Shown here: positions 25,892 through 36,580 of the stretch, in pieces
Layout of the letters: each line of letters begins with the position of its first letter
How positions within the stretch are numbered: position 1 is the first letter of the stretch
Source of the DNA: a virus
Lineage: Duplodnaviria; Heunggongvirae; Uroviricota; Caudoviricetes
DNA length: 64,000 bases
Virus record (IMG/VR): IMGVR_UViG_3300035670_000056
Span: 1 to 64,000 of that record
Direction: 5' to 3' (one strand)
The notes under the pieces: model-generated
What the model was told of the DNA's origin: nothing
Seen by the model: only the letters and a program-made list of their open reading frames with translations
Database searches by the model: none
Program-made: the position numbers and the translations under genes

Positions 25892-27127
25892 TTATATATT
25901 AACCTTTCTTATAGTTATAGCACCTGCTCCACCTGCACCGCCCGCCGTCCATGCAGGAGCTCCTGCACCACCATTTCCTCCATTCGTAACAACAGTGCCA
26001 ACATTTGTATAGGTGCCGCCATATGTTATAATTATTCTACCTCCTCCACTACCACCACCTCCCCCTGCGCCTCCAAATGGGTTTGGATTACCAGAACCAC
26101 CCGCTCCTCCATTTGAACTTATAGTTCCATTTACCGTTACATTGCCCTTAACAATTAAAATTAACAATCCTCCAACTCCTGCGGTACCTGTTCCTGGAGA
26201 TGCTGGGCCAGCTGGATTACCTGCTCCACCGCCACCATTTGAATTAGGTGCGCCAGAACCACCAGCACCTCCTCTTTCAAATATTCCATTTCCACCAGCA
26301 GAAGCCGAAGTTCCGCCTCCACCACCTCCACCACCTCCAGCAAATATTGTACCTCTTCCACCTGATCCACCAGAACTGCCAACAGCTGGTCCACCACTTT
26401 GACCAGATGCTCCTCCACCGCCTCCACCACAACAAAATATACCAGCAGTACCAGCTGTAGCTATACCACCACCAGCTACACTTCCACTCAATGGCACTCT
26501 AATCTTATAATTGCTAAACCAAACACTCCCACTAGGCGCCCAATTCCAATGCGTAGGTATTCCTCTGCCACCAGAGGCGCTTGATGAAAAATTGTTGAAA
26601 TATAATGTAGCATCCACCAAATCATATCTTGAATCGGTACTTGTAGCAATTCCCAATGGAGCTGCAATGCTATTAGCTACGCCACCACCCTTACCTGTCA
26701 TACTTATAGTCCCATTCACAGTCAAATTGCCAGTACAATATATTATCATTCCTCTACAAGCTCTTAGTGGACTAAATAATACACCACTATTGATGGTTAA
26801 GTTATTATAATTCTTTACAATTACATCACCGTGTTCTTTGGAAATGTTGTTTAATCCAGCAGGCGATGTGGATGAACTTATTTGAGCACTGCTGCTTATG
26901 GTCACACTACCATCTACACCTGTACCGAAGTAATTATTATAAGTACCTTGATTTAAACCAATATTGTTGTTGCTATAAAATTGTTCGTGGGTACTTATTC
27001 TTGCTTTTAAATTTTGATTAACACTAGATGATATTAGTGCATTGTATAATGTAAATAAACAATTGTCATTACGATTACTACCTACCAAGGTAGTCATTTG
27101 AGATATTGCTTGTGATGGTATTGCCAT
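25892..27127 (-). CDS. Glycine-rich fibre-like protein, paralogue 2 of 5
   Basis: N-terminal and middle domains near-identical to 24629..25885. Confidence 0.6.
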   Translation of the reverse strand: MAIPSQAISQMTTLVGSNRNDNCLFTLYNALISSSVNQNLKARISTHEQFYSNNNIGLNQGTYNNYFGTGVDGSVTISSSAQISSSTSPAGLNNISKEHGDVIVKNYNNLTINSGVLFSPLRACRGMIIYCTGNLTVNGTISMTGKGGGVANSIAAPLGIATSTDSRYDLVDATLYFNNFSSSASGGRGIPTHWNWAPSGSVWFSNYKIRVPLSGSVAGGGIATAGTAGIFCCGGGGGGASGQSGGPAVGSSGGSGGRGTIFAGGGGGGGGGTSASAGGNGIFERGGAGGSGAPNSNGGGGAGNPAGPASPGTGTAGVGGLLILIVKGNVTVNGTISSNGGAGGSGNPNPFGGAGGGGGSGGGRIIITYGGTYTNVGTVVTNGGNGGAGAPAWTAGGAGGAGAITIRKVNI

Positions 27128-27144
27128 ATAACTTTATAAATATT

Positions 27145-28179
27145 TTACCAAATTCCTATTTCTCTTATTGTTATGCTACCGGCTCCTCCACTACCACCAG
27201 CAGTTGGAGCAGTTCCTCCACCAGCTCCACCATTTGCAGTAATAGTACCACCGTTGTTTGTATATCCTTGATTGTATAATATAATAATTCTACCACCACC
27301 ACTTCCTCCCCCACCTCCAGCGCTACCATTTCCACCCGCAACACCATTTGCAGTTATTGCACCTGTATTTCCCAATGTAAATGTGCCTTTTACCACAAAA
27401 ATAATCAAACCACCTGTACCAGTACCACCAGCTATACCACCTGGACCAGCACTGCCACCACCATTACCAGCACCTCCACCAGTATTCGCAGCTGTACCAT
27501 TACCACCAGCACCGGCATTTATAGCACCCGCAGTTGCAGATGGTCCACCGCCTCCACCAGATCCACCACTCCAACTGGTGCCTGCTGCACCAGCCCCACC
27601 AGTTCCACCTCCACCGCCTCCACCACCTGTATAACCTTCACCTGCAGATCTACCAGCAGTATTTGCAGGTCCACCGGCACTGCCAGATCCATATAATTTT
27701 ACGCTGTTAAATTGATATTGGGGAATAAAGTTGCCATAGTAATTTTTAGATTGATATACATAATGAGCAGCTGTTCCAACCGAGTTGGCTCCTTTGCCTG
27801 ACATTGTTACTGTACCATTTATAGTACAATCTCCCCCAACATATATCAACAATCCTCTACATCTGTTGCTTACAGTCATTGTATGACCAGCATTTACTGT
27901 GAGAGATGTAAAATTTCTAACAAATACTTCTTGATCATTTGTGGTGGTAAAAGTAGCACTAGAAGTTGTATTTAAAGCACCATTTGCGCCTGTACCAAAC
28001 CAAGTGATGGCTGATTGACTCACTTGGGTACAAATATTTTTTAGTTTTACTTTTTTATTAAAATCAGTATAACCGTCAGCATTTTGATCTTGTGTAGCTG
28101 TTGGATCATACACAACATAAAAATTACTTGCACTTACAAAAGTTGCTTCGGTTAAATCTGTTATACGTTTATTTGCCAT
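27145..28179 (-). CDS. Glycine-rich fibre-like protein, paralogue 3 of 5 (divergent N-terminus)
   Basis: Shares the RCRGLLIY...CTINGTVTMSGKGA core and the Gly tracts. Confidence 0.55.
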   Translation of the reverse strand: MANKRITDLTEATFVSASNFYVVYDPTATQDQNADGYTDFNKKVKLKNICTQVSQSAITWFGTGANGALNTTSSATFTTTNDQEVFVRNFTSLTVNAGHTMTVSNRCRGLLIYVGGDCTINGTVTMSGKGANSVGTAAHYVYQSKNYYGNFIPQYQFNSVKLYGSGSAGGPANTAGRSAGEGYTGGGGGGGGTGGAGAAGTSWSGGSGGGGGPSATAGAINAGAGGNGTAANTGGGAGNGGGSAGPGGIAGGTGTGGLIIFVVKGTFTLGNTGAITANGVAGGNGSAGGGGGSGGGRIIILYNQGYTNNGGTITANGGAGGGTAPTAGGSGGAGSITIREIGIW

Positions 28180-28192
28180 ATATTATTAAATA

Positions 28193-29347
28193 TTAGTTTG
28201 CTACTGGAAATGCAACGTTTAGTTTTGATATTATCGCAGTTCCAGCACCACCTGCTGCACCCGCGCCTCCACCAAATGGACTTGGAGCGCCTGCACTACC
28301 CCCGCTTGCAGTTACAGTACCATTATTGGTTAATGTACCGCCATAATATATATAAACAATCCCACCTCCACTTCCACCACCTGCTCCAGCACTTGCAATT
28401 GCAAATGCAGAATTACCCGCACTACCATTAGCAGTTATACTACCATTAGGACCAATTCTTAAATTGCCTCGTACAATTAATATTAATAATCCTCCTGTGC
28501 CATTTGCTGTTTGACTACCACCCGATCCATTTGGATTTCCGGCTCCTCCGCCAGAATTAGTAACTCCGTTTCCTCCAGCACCACCATTCGCAGTTCCCGC
28601 AGATCCATTGCCGACAGGATTACCACACCCAGCCCCACCTCCTGAACCACCACTAAAAGATGTCCCCGCTGCACCTGCTCCTCCTGTGTTTGAGGGGGCT
28701 CCTCCTCCTCCTCCGCCACCTCCAGATCTTCCTAAACCACCCGCCACGCCGGGATTTCCACTTCCATTGACTGTGCCTCCTCCCGATCCTCCACCACTGC
28801 CAGCAGCAAATACTCTGCTCAAATAACTCGCAGACGGAAACAATTGCGCACTCCAATAATCTCCTAAATACGGAGGATTTATTGTTGTAAATGAAGCATC
28901 TGCACCCACAGCAGAAGCGCCTCTACCGGTCATTCTCAGACTACCACTGATGGTTGCATCACCATCCACAAATATCAACATTCCTCTACATCTATTTGTT
29001 GGACTCACCACCACACTTCGGGAAATGAATAGTGAGCTAAAGTTCTTGACTACAGGTGGTCCATCTTGAGTGCTTGCGAACGATCTGCTTACAAAAGTTC
29101 TGACGTTGGTTATGGAGCCTGTTAAGTTAAGAGGTCCATCGCTGTTATCGCCAAAGTAATAAAAGCCTGGGGTATGTTCTGTGAATGAACTGCTGGTGGT
29201 TGTGCCTGTGAAAAAATATTTTCTTAAATCGTCAATTCTTATTTTTTTATTTTTGGAAGCTACTAATTCATTAACATCAACAATAGGCATAAATGCTGAT
29301 GCTGTTATTGTTGTATATTCGGGTAAATCTGATATTCTTGTAGGCAT
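28193..29347 (-). CDS. Glycine-rich fibre-like protein, paralogue 4 of 5
   Basis: N-terminal 160 aa near-identical to 29360..30514. Confidence 0.6.
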   Translation of the reverse strand: MPTRISDLPEYTTITASAFMPIVDVNELVASKNKKIRIDDLRKYFFTGTTTSSSFTEHTPGFYYFGDNSDGPLNLTGSITNVRTFVSRSFASTQDGPPVVKNFSSLFISRSVVVSPTNRCRGMLIFVDGDATISGSLRMTGRGASAVGADASFTTINPPYLGDYWSAQLFPSASYLSRVFAAGSGGGSGGGTVNGSGNPGVAGGLGRSGGGGGGGGAPSNTGGAGAAGTSFSGGSGGGAGCGNPVGNGSAGTANGGAGGNGVTNSGGGAGNPNGSGGSQTANGTGGLLILIVRGNLRIGPNGSITANGSAGNSAFAIASAGAGGGSGGGIVYIYYGGTLTNNGTVTASGGSAGAPSPFGGGAGAAGGAGTAIISKLNVAFPVAN

Positions 29348-29359
29348 ATAAATAATTAT

Positions 29360-30514
29360 TTAGTTTGCTACACTAAATGCAACGTTTAGTTTTGATATTA
29401 TCGCAGTTCCAGCTCCTCCCGCCCCCCCTGCATATGAATTTGTAGGACCTGCTGTTCCACCACTTCCACCATTTGAAACGATTGTACCATTATTTGTTAA
29501 AGTGCCGCCATAATATACATATATTACTCCACCACCACTTCCTCCTCCTCCCCCAGATTGGGATGGAGATCCAGCAAAATTACCTCCAGCACTACCATTT
29601 GTAACAATTGATCCATTTGGTCCTATTTTCAAATTACCTCTTACAATCAATATCAACAATCCACCTGTGCCAGTTGCACCCGCATTGCCAGCTGGACTTG
29701 TTCCCCCAGGGTTACCCGCTCCACCTGCTCCGAAGTTAGATCCTATACCGCCTCGTCCACCGAATCCATTTGCACTACCACCAACAGTTGGACCACCGCC
29801 GCCACCGCCTGATCCTCCACTAAATGATGTACCGGCTGCTCCTACTCCGCCGCCGCTAGGACCACTGCCACCACCTCCACCACCACCACCACTTCTTCCC
29901 AATATTCCAGTACCGCCTGTACCCCCAGCAGACGTAGCACCTCCAGCAGGGCCACCACTCGCGCCTACAGCAAATACTCTGCTCAAATAACTCGCAGATG
30001 GAAACAACTGCGTACTCCAGTAATCACCCAAATATGGCGGATTAATTGTTGTGAAGGAAGCGTCGCTTCCAGTAAACCTCGCTCCTCTAGCTGTCATACT
30101 AATACTACCACTGATGGTTGCATCGCCATCCACAAATATCAACATTCCTCTACATCTGTTGGTTGGACTCACCACCACACTTCGGGAAATAAACAACGAA
30201 CTAAAGTTCTTGATTACAGGTGGTCCATCTTGAGTGCTTGCGAACGATCTGCTTACAAAAGTTCTGACGTTGGTTATGGAGCCTGTTAAGTTAAGACGAC
30301 CATCACGATTGTCACCAAAATAATAAAAACCCGGCGTATGTTCTGTGAAAGAAGATGAAAGAAGAACTCCACTTTTAAAGAAAGTTTTTCTCAAATCGTC
30401 TATACTAATCTTTTTGTTTTTCGATGATACTGTTTCATTAACATCAATAATAGGCACAAATGCGGATCCTGTTATTGTTGTATAGTCTGCTAATTGTGAT
30501 ATTGGTTGTGGCAT
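29360..30514 (-). CDS. Glycine-rich fibre-like protein, paralogue 5 of 5
   Basis: See paralogue 4; shares the C-terminal ...AGTAIISKLNVAF.VAN tail. Confidence 0.6.
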   Translation of the reverse strand: MPQPISQLADYTTITGSAFVPIIDVNETVSSKNKKISIDDLRKTFFKSGVLLSSSFTEHTPGFYYFGDNRDGRLNLTGSITNVRTFVSRSFASTQDGPPVIKNFSSLFISRSVVVSPTNRCRGMLIFVDGDATISGSISMTARGARFTGSDASFTTINPPYLGDYWSTQLFPSASYLSRVFAVGASGGPAGGATSAGGTGGTGILGRSGGGGGGGGSGPSGGGVGAAGTSFSGGSGGGGGGPTVGGSANGFGGRGGIGSNFGAGGAGNPGGTSPAGNAGATGTGGLLILIVRGNLKIGPNGSIVTNGSAGGNFAGSPSQSGGGGGSGGGVIYVYYGGTLTNNGTIVSNGGSGGTAGPTNSYAGGAGGAGTAIISKLNVAFSVAN

Positions 30515-30534
30515 ATAACTTATAACTATTAATA

Positions 30535-31902
30535 TTAAAATATTCTATTCCAAGTAAACGATTGAGATATTGCTAACAAATATCCATTTTGTTTATTTTG
30601 AGTAGCACCAAATACAAATGACATCAAATTACTAGCTGTATGTACACCCACGCCAAAACTGTTCCAAGTTGCATTTATAGATTCAGTATCATTGAATGTA
30701 GCCACTTTGGTTAATGTATAACCATAACTGCTTGTGGGATATACTCTACTATACACAGGTGTTTTATCAATTGATTTGGTGACAAAACTACTATTTCTAG
30801 TTATATTTGTACCCCACGTAGGACTTGCAGTGTCAGTTGCAGATGTAAATATATACAGTGGTCTAAAAACTGTATCGGGTAGTCCGTATCTACTTCTTTG
30901 ATTAAAATAATATGGTTCATTGCCGTGTAATCCACCATCAAAATAAGTTGTTAGTCCGCTGCTACTTACTTTACTCAATCCATAAAGATTCATTTGAGAA
31001 TTACCACCTTTGTTACTACCAGTTATATTAACAGAACCAGTTGTAGCTGTGGTAGGCGACATACCGACGTTTAGTGAATAATATACAACAACGTTTTGTC
31101 CAGCCAATACAGCAGGTATCGCATTACCAGCACTGCCTTCGGTCAAACGAATTCTGCTAAACAATGCTGGACTTCTATAAAATGGTAACCAACTCAAGCC
31201 AACTTCAGTGATTGTATTTGTGTCATCAACCAATGCGGTTGAAAAATTAAATTGACGACTGTGAATTATACCGCTGCTATAAATTTGACTATTACAATTT
31301 GTGCCATAACTGCCTGATGCAGCAGGAAAGTTATTACCATCTGATGTTCTACCACATCTTTGTGTTTCATTTGACATACTCACTTGATTAGTAAAAAATA
31401 TAGTATAATTATTATCACTGGATGATCCTGTTGGCACGGTACCATCAATATTTAACACACTACAACTTCTGGCTGTATTAATACCAGTTTGCTCTCTTAT
31501 TCTAAAAGTATTATCATTATTTATTTTAATAATATTGCCCACATCACTGGCTCTGATAACACTGCCTGATATAGGAAATGACGGACTTGTTCTGGGAAAT
31601 GTTACCAATGATCCAGATCTACGAGAAACACTACCTCTTAAATTAATATCAAAACCATTGCCTGATGTTATGGAACCAGTTATGGGAACATTGGTTTTTT
31701 TGGTATCAGCAGTTCCAGTTCCAATTGCACAACAAGCGAATAATTCAGCAAATGGTCTATTTGCAACTTCATCCATACCTTGATTGGTGATCATATTTTT
31801 TATTTCACCAGTGTCGTGTATGATTTTGTCTTTTTCCATAACCACAACACGAACTTTGCCTTGCAATTTACAATCAATATTGTTGTTTATTCCTGTTGAC
31901 AT
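30535..31902 (-). CDS. Structural hypothetical protein (455 aa)
   Basis: ORF track; Ser/Thr/Asn/Gly-rich. Confidence 0.5.
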   Translation of the reverse strand: MSTGINNNIDCKLQGKVRVVVMEKDKIIHDTGEIKNMITNQGMDEVANRPFAELFACCAIGTGTADTKKTNVPITGSITSGNGFDINLRGSVSRRSGSLVTFPRTSPSFPISGSVIRASDVGNIIKINNDNTFRIREQTGINTARSCSVLNIDGTVPTGSSSDNNYTIFFTNQVSMSNETQRCGRTSDGNNFPAASGSYGTNCNSQIYSSGIIHSRQFNFSTALVDDTNTITEVGLSWLPFYRSPALFSRIRLTEGSAGNAIPAVLAGQNVVVYYSLNVGMSPTTATTGSVNITGSNKGGNSQMNLYGLSKVSSSGLTTYFDGGLHGNEPYYFNQRSRYGLPDTVFRPLYIFTSATDTASPTWGTNITRNSSFVTKSIDKTPVYSRVYPTSSYGYTLTKVATFNDTESINATWNSFGVGVHTASNLMSFVFGATQNKQNGYLLAISQSFTWNRIF

Positions 31903-31964
31903 TTTATAAAATTACTGTTTCTGTTTATAAATATAAAGAACATTATATTATATACTTTATTTTA

Positions 31965-33332
31965 TTATGGCTCCAAAACAAATACATCTGCCAAATTCTC
32001 CAAATATATAGATCTATCGTTTTGATAACCCAGAAAACTACTAGATGCAGCAATACTTTCACTAATATAATAACGTGTAACAAGTGACAAATCATTTGAA
32101 CCAGTATCAGTCAATAAACTACTTGTGGCAGTATACTCTATAACAAATGGATTTGCAGTATTTTCCAAGTATATAGCTCTGTCATTTTGATATCCCAAAT
32201 AAGTAACATCCACTTTACTTTCACTAATATAATAACGTGTAACAAGTGACAAATCATTTGATCCGGTATCAGTTAATAAACTGCTTGTACCACTATATTC
32301 TATTACAAATGGATTTGCAGTATTTTCCAAGTATATAGCTCTATCATTTTGATATCCAAGATATATACTTGACGCTTTACTTTCACTAGTATAATAACGT
32401 GTTCTAAACAACAAAGCATTTGAACCAGTATCAGTCAATAAACTGCTTGTACCACTATATTCTATTACAAATGGATTTGCTGTGTTCTCCAAATATACAG
32501 CTCTGTCATTTTGATAGCCAAGATATATACTTGATGCTTTACTTTCACTGGTATAATATCTGATACGAAATGTAAGAACACTTGAACCAGTTTCTTGTAA
32601 ACTAGCGGATGTGCCTACTGGTACAACATCACCATCGTACAACAAGAGCAAACTAGTTCCATCTTGCAAATATACAGATCTAGTATTTTGATATAAAATT
32701 GAACCAACACTAGATAAAGCTTTACTTTCACTCGCATAATAACGTGTTCTTAATGATAAAGCATTTGAGCCTGTGTCACTTAACAAGCTGGAAGTGGATG
32801 CGTATTCAAGCAAATAAATGTCAGGAATAACTTGAGTATACATTGATCTACTATTTTGATATAGTATGTAACCAAAGTCACCGACTGCTTTACTTTCGCT
32901 GACATAATAACGTGTTCTTAATGATAATGTATTTGAGCCTGTATCATTTAATAAACTGGAAGTAGATGAATATTCAAGCAAATAAATGTCAGGAATAGCT
33001 TGGGCATACATTGATCTACTATTTTGATATAGTATATAACCAAAATCGCCAGTAGCTTTGCTTTCGCTAGCATAATAACGTATTCTGAGGTTGTTATTTT
33101 GAGTGGATCTATCAGCTGTAAATTTATTATAGTAACTGTTATAAGATAAAGCGATTGCGGCGGGATATTCTAGTACATATGTACCGCTTAAATCTTGTAG
33201 ATATAGTGATTGGCTATTTTGTAAATAAAACGAGCCTGATGAAAGTGGTAGGCCAAAGAGTCTGGACTCAATGTTTTGAGTTTTGTTATTGGCATATACT
33301 AGACTATTTCTGGTTATTCTTGATATAGGCAT
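31965..33332 (-). CDS. Tandem-repeat structural protein (about eight 43-54-aa repeats)
   Basis: Repeated RTRYYxSESKA...GYQNDRAIYLENTANPFVIEYSGTSSLLTDTGSN units. Confidence 0.55.
   Translation of the reverse strand: MPISRITRNSLVYANNKTQNIESRLFGLPLSSGSFYLQNSQSLYLQDLSGTYVLEYPAAIALSYNSYYNKFTADRSTQNNNLRIRYYASESKATGDFGYILYQNSRSMYAQAIPDIYLLEYSSTSSLLNDTGSNTLSLRTRYYVSESKAVGDFGYILYQNSRSMYTQVIPDIYLLEYASTSSLLSDTGSNALSLRTRYYASESKALSSVGSILYQNTRSVYLQDGTSLLLLYDGDVVPVGTSASLQETGSSVLTFRIRYYTSESKASSIYLGYQNDRAVYLENTANPFVIEYSGTSSLLTDTGSNALLFRTRYYTSESKASSIYLGYQNDRAIYLENTANPFVIEYSGTSSLLTDTGSNDLSLVTRYYISESKVDVTYLGYQNDRAIYLENTANPFVIEYTATSSLLTDTGSNDLSLVTRYYISESIAASSSFLGYQNDRSIYLENLADVFVLEP
31980..33150. repeat. About 130-160-bp degenerate tandem repeats within 31965..33332
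   Basis: Recurrent tattacaaatggatttgcagtattttccaagtatatagctctgtcattttgata units. Confidence 0.6.
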
Positions 33333-33340
33333 ATAACATA

Positions 33341-36300
33341 CTATTGATAGTTTTCAGTGCTACTACCCAGAACATATAATCTAGTTCTTACAAATGTATA
33401 AATTGAAGTTGCGTTTGATAATATGTTTGTGGGTGGCAAAGTATTGGCCCATTTAACACTATTAGGAAATGTAGCCAATATACTATTACTACCTGTATTG
33501 TTTAGTATAACCACGATTGAACTGCCAGTAGTTACATTTGTAAATGTATAAGTTTCGCCAGTAGAAACATTTTTTTCATATGTTGGATTGTTCCAATTTA
33601 TAACAGAACCGGATAATACAATAATACTACCCGCAATGTTTATCGCAAAAGTAGCATAACTACTTGTAATTGGATAAGTGCTGCCAGTTTGTAAAGAAGA
33701 TCCACCTCCACCTCCAGCAGAAGTTAAAGCATAACTTGCAGTAATAGCTCTACGTGCCCAACTTGCAGTAATTGGATAAGTACTACCTGTTTGTAAAGAT
33801 GAACCACCCCCACCACTTCCATTCAATGCATAACTCGCAGTAATAGATCTAAGTGCCCAACTGCTTGTAATTGGATATGTACTTCCAGTTATTAAAGCAG
33901 CACCACTTGTGCCGCTACTGCCACTTGTTCCACTTGAACCATTTTCACCACTTGTTCCACTTGAACCATTTTCACCACTTGTGCCGCTACTGCCACTTGT
34001 TCCACTTGAACCATTTTCACCACTCGAACCGCTACTACCATTATTTCCGTCGGCACCACTTGATCCGCTAGTACCGCTTGTGCCATTTTCACCACTTGTT
34101 CCGTTAGTTCCACTGTTACCACTTGTTCCGTTAGTTCCACCTCCTCCACCACCTCCTCCAGCCGCACTACCTAAAAATCTAACATCAATTTTTGAATTTA
34201 ATGGTGGGGCTGATGCCAATGTAAGTGTAGATCCAGTTATAGTATAACTTGAACTGTAATTTTGAACCACACCATTAATAGCAACTATGATGTCATAACT
34301 ACGCACTACACTTTGTGTAAGCGCATATTGTGTAGCAATACCATTGCTTGTAAATGTTTGCGCATTGGCAATACCAACTATACCACTGGTGCCACTTGTA
34401 CCGTTTGCACCACCGCCAGTAAATTTAACAACGTGTATTTCTTCATTTAATAGTGGTGGCGAAGTAAATGTCAATATACCTGAACTGAGTGTATAATCAA
34501 TACCATTATTTAAAGTAATACCGCCAAGAAATACCAATGAATTTGTGCCGGTAAATGTACTATTATTTAAATTAAAAACAGATCCACTACCATTACCACT
34601 ACGAGTTATATTTGTTAAATTCAATGAAGCAGTGCCACTCGTACCATTTACCACATACAGTGCCCAACTTGCAGTTATAGGATAACTACTTCCAGTATAA
34701 AGTGAACTACCACCACCGGTAGCATTTAAAGCATAACTAGCAGTTATAGCTCTACTAGCAGTAATTGGATATGTGCTTCCTGTTATTAAAAGAGTACCAC
34801 TGTTTCCACTAGATCCGCTACTTCCAGTTTCACCACTACTTCCACTACTACCATTAGTTCCACTAAATCCACTGCTTCCGCTTGTACCAGTTTGACCACT
34901 AGTACCACTGGTACCAGTAGCGCCACTGGTTCCACTAGATCCACTTGTGCCGCTCGTACCAAATGTTTCACCGCTTGTACCGGCAGTAGCCGCAGTACCA
35001 CTACTACCACCACTTCCACTACTACCACTACTTCCGCTACTACCACTAGATCCACTGGTACCGCTACTACCGCTTGTACCACTAGATCCACTTGTACCGC
35101 TTGTACCAAATGTTTCACCACTCGTACCAGCAGTAGCTGCAGTACCACTGGTGCCACTACTTCCTCCTGTACCACTACTTCCACTTGATCCGCTACTACC
35201 ACTTGTACCATTAACTCCAGAAGTGCCACTGGTACCACTTGTACCGTCACTGCCTGATGTACCGCTTGATCCACCTGTACCACTACTGCCACTGCTTCCA
35301 GCGGTACCACTTGTTCCACTACTACCGCTACTTCCACTTGTTCCGCTTTGACCACTGCTACCACTGCTTCCAGTAGTACCACTTGTTCCGCTAGTACCAC
35401 TGGTGCCATTTGTATCTACTATGTTGATTGTACCAATCATAGAACTATGATTTGCACATTGATAAACTATACTGTTCGGCGCATTCAGTGGAACATCATA
35501 TATTATTGTAACATTGTAAGCTCCATTTACAGGATCATTATTTGTTGTTCCTGGCACAACAGATGTATCACCATTTGACAATCTTAAAGCAAACGGATGT
35601 GTTGATGATACAGATGTAAGATTAAAATAGTGTTTTAATCCACGTACTACGGTGATGGTTGGATTACTACCGGATATATTATTAAAAGTATAATAAAATC
35701 CAGGTGAATTTACTACAAACGTTTTACCGCCTTCCAATCCACTTGTACCACTGGTACCGCTAGATCCACTACTACCACTGCTTCCGCTACTGCCACTTGT
35801 TCCATTTACGCCACTTGTGCCAGATGTTCCACTTGTACCATCACTTCCGCTTGTACCACTAGTACCACTTGAGCCTGTTAATCCACTTGTGCCACTTGTA
35901 CCAGATGAACCACTGCTTCCACTGCTACCACTACTACCGCTAGATCCACTACTTCCACTGGTACCTGATGTACCACTTGTACCGCTGGTGCCACTACTTC
36001 CAGCTGTTCCCGATGTACCTGATGTACCACTGGTTGTTTGATTTAAAGCGTAACTTGCGGTTACTGCCCAACTTGCAGTTATGGGATATGTACTTGATGT
36101 AAACAGTTTGGTACCACTGTTTAATGCCCAACTTGCGGTTATAGGATAGGTACTACCTGTATATAATTTGGTGCCACCGTTTATGGCCCAACTTGCAGTT
36201 ATTGGATAAACACTACCTGTATATATTTTTGTACCACCGTTTAAAGCGTAACTTGCGGTGGTTGTTCTAAGAGCATAACTTGATGATCTAGCTGTTAATG

Positions 36301-36556
36301 CGTAACTAGCTGTTGTGGATCTTCTAGCATAACTTGCTGATGTTGCATTAAATGAATAACTGGAAGATAAAGAGTAACTAGCTGAAATTGCTTTTCTTGA
36401 GAAACTGGCAGTTATGTTTGGGGAAGAAAAAAGAGTACTGATATCAATCTTTTTACTCGACCCAGAAAAAAAGCTGCCTGTATCACTTACATCAATTACA
36501 TACAGCAAATCGTTTATAGACGCTGTAAATAATTGTGGTAGATCTGTTATTCTCAT
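33341..36556 (-). CDS. Large fibre protein with collagen-like G-S/T-S triplet blocks (1071 aa)
   Basis: Three long (GTS/GSS)n blocks, the repeated motif YPITASWA, and a final glycine run. Confidence 0.6.
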   Translation of the reverse strand: MRITDLPQLFTASINDLLYVIDVSDTGSFFSGSSKKIDISTLFSSPNITASFSRKAISASYSLSSSYSFNATSASYARRSTTASYALTARSSSYALRTTTASYALNGGTKIYTGSVYPITASWAINGGTKLYTGSTYPITASWALNSGTKLFTSSTYPITASWAVTASYALNQTTSGTSGTSGTAGSSGTSGTSGTSGTSGSSGSSGSSGSSGSSGSSGTSGTSGLTGSSGTSGTSGSDGTSGTSGTSGVNGTSGSSGSSGSSGSSGTSGTSGLEGGKTFVVNSPGFYYTFNNISGSNPTITVVRGLKHYFNLTSVSSTHPFALRLSNGDTSVVPGTTNNDPVNGAYNVTIIYDVPLNAPNSIVYQCANHSSMIGTINIVDTNGTSGTSGTSGTTGSSGSSGQSGTSGSSGSSGTSGTAGSSGSSGTGGSSGTSGSDGTSGTSGTSGVNGTSGSSGSSGSSGTGGSSGTSGTAATAGTSGETFGTSGTSGSSGTSGSSGTSGSSGSSGSSGSSGSGGSSGTAATAGTSGETFGTSGTSGSSGTSGATGTSGTSGQTGTSGSSGFSGTNGSSGSSGETGSSGSSGNSGTLLITGSTYPITASRAITASYALNATGGGSSLYTGSSYPITASWALYVVNGTSGTASLNLTNITRSGNGSGSVFNLNNSTFTGTNSLVFLGGITLNNGIDYTLSSGILTFTSPPLLNEEIHVVKFTGGGANGTSGTSGIVGIANAQTFTSNGIATQYALTQSVVRSYDIIVAINGVVQNYSSSYTITGSTLTLASAPPLNSKIDVRFLGSAAGGGGGGGGTNGTSGNSGTNGTSGENGTSGTSGSSGADGNNGSSGSSGENGSSGTSGSSGTSGENGSSGTSGENGSSGTSGSSGTSGAALITGSTYPITSSWALRSITASYALNGSGGGGSSLQTGSTYPITASWARRAITASYALTSAGGGGGSSLQTGSTYPITSSYATFAINIAGSIIVLSGSVINWNNPTYEKNVSTGETYTFTNVTTGSSIVVILNNTGSNSILATFPNSVKWANTLPPTNILSNATSIYTFVRTRLYVLGSSTENYQ
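33890..34150. repeat. Collagen-like (GGT/ACT/AGT)n triplet-repeat DNA block
   Basis: 9-nt periodic CCACTxGTxCC on the plus strand. Similar blocks at about 34790-35410, 35760-36065, 46000-46300, 47380-47565, 50455-50780, 53580-53730 and 55290-55443. Confidence 0.7.
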
Positions 36557-36580
36557 TCTTTAATAAATATTAAAACACTA

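Noticed and set aside
28180-28200. TAttAGTTTG, which resembles the Bacteroidetes -7 promoter element TAnnTTTG
   Set aside because: It is the reverse complement of the conserved C-terminal codons ...VAN-stop of the minus-strand glycine-rich genes. The clear TTGACA/TAnnnT promoters argue against a Bacteroidetes-type sigma factor.
29341-29360. Exact TATAAATA (T4 late promoter consensus) at 29344 and 55563, and a similar ATAAAT at 50882
   Set aside because: These lie on the plus strand, whereas the adjacent genes are on the minus strand. On the coding strand the sequence reads TATTTATA, so this is not a correctly oriented T4-type late promoter.
25874-29990. Pro/Ala-rich plus-strand ORFs (26013..26402, 27272..27634, 28608..28826, 29667..29990) and Leu/Val/Glu-rich minus-strand frame-shifted ORFs (24934..25257, 26161..26430)
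   Set aside because: These are alternative-frame or antisense readings of the glycine-rich GGxGG coding tracts.
33871-36041. Proline-rich PLVPL-type ORFs on the plus strand (33909..34247, 34947..35351, 35817..36041; also 45895..46302, 47281..47559, 50454..50780)
   Set aside because: These are antisense readings of the (GGT-AGT-ACT)n collagen-like repeats that belong to the minus-strand fibre genes. They have no independent start signals and are sequence-composition artefacts.
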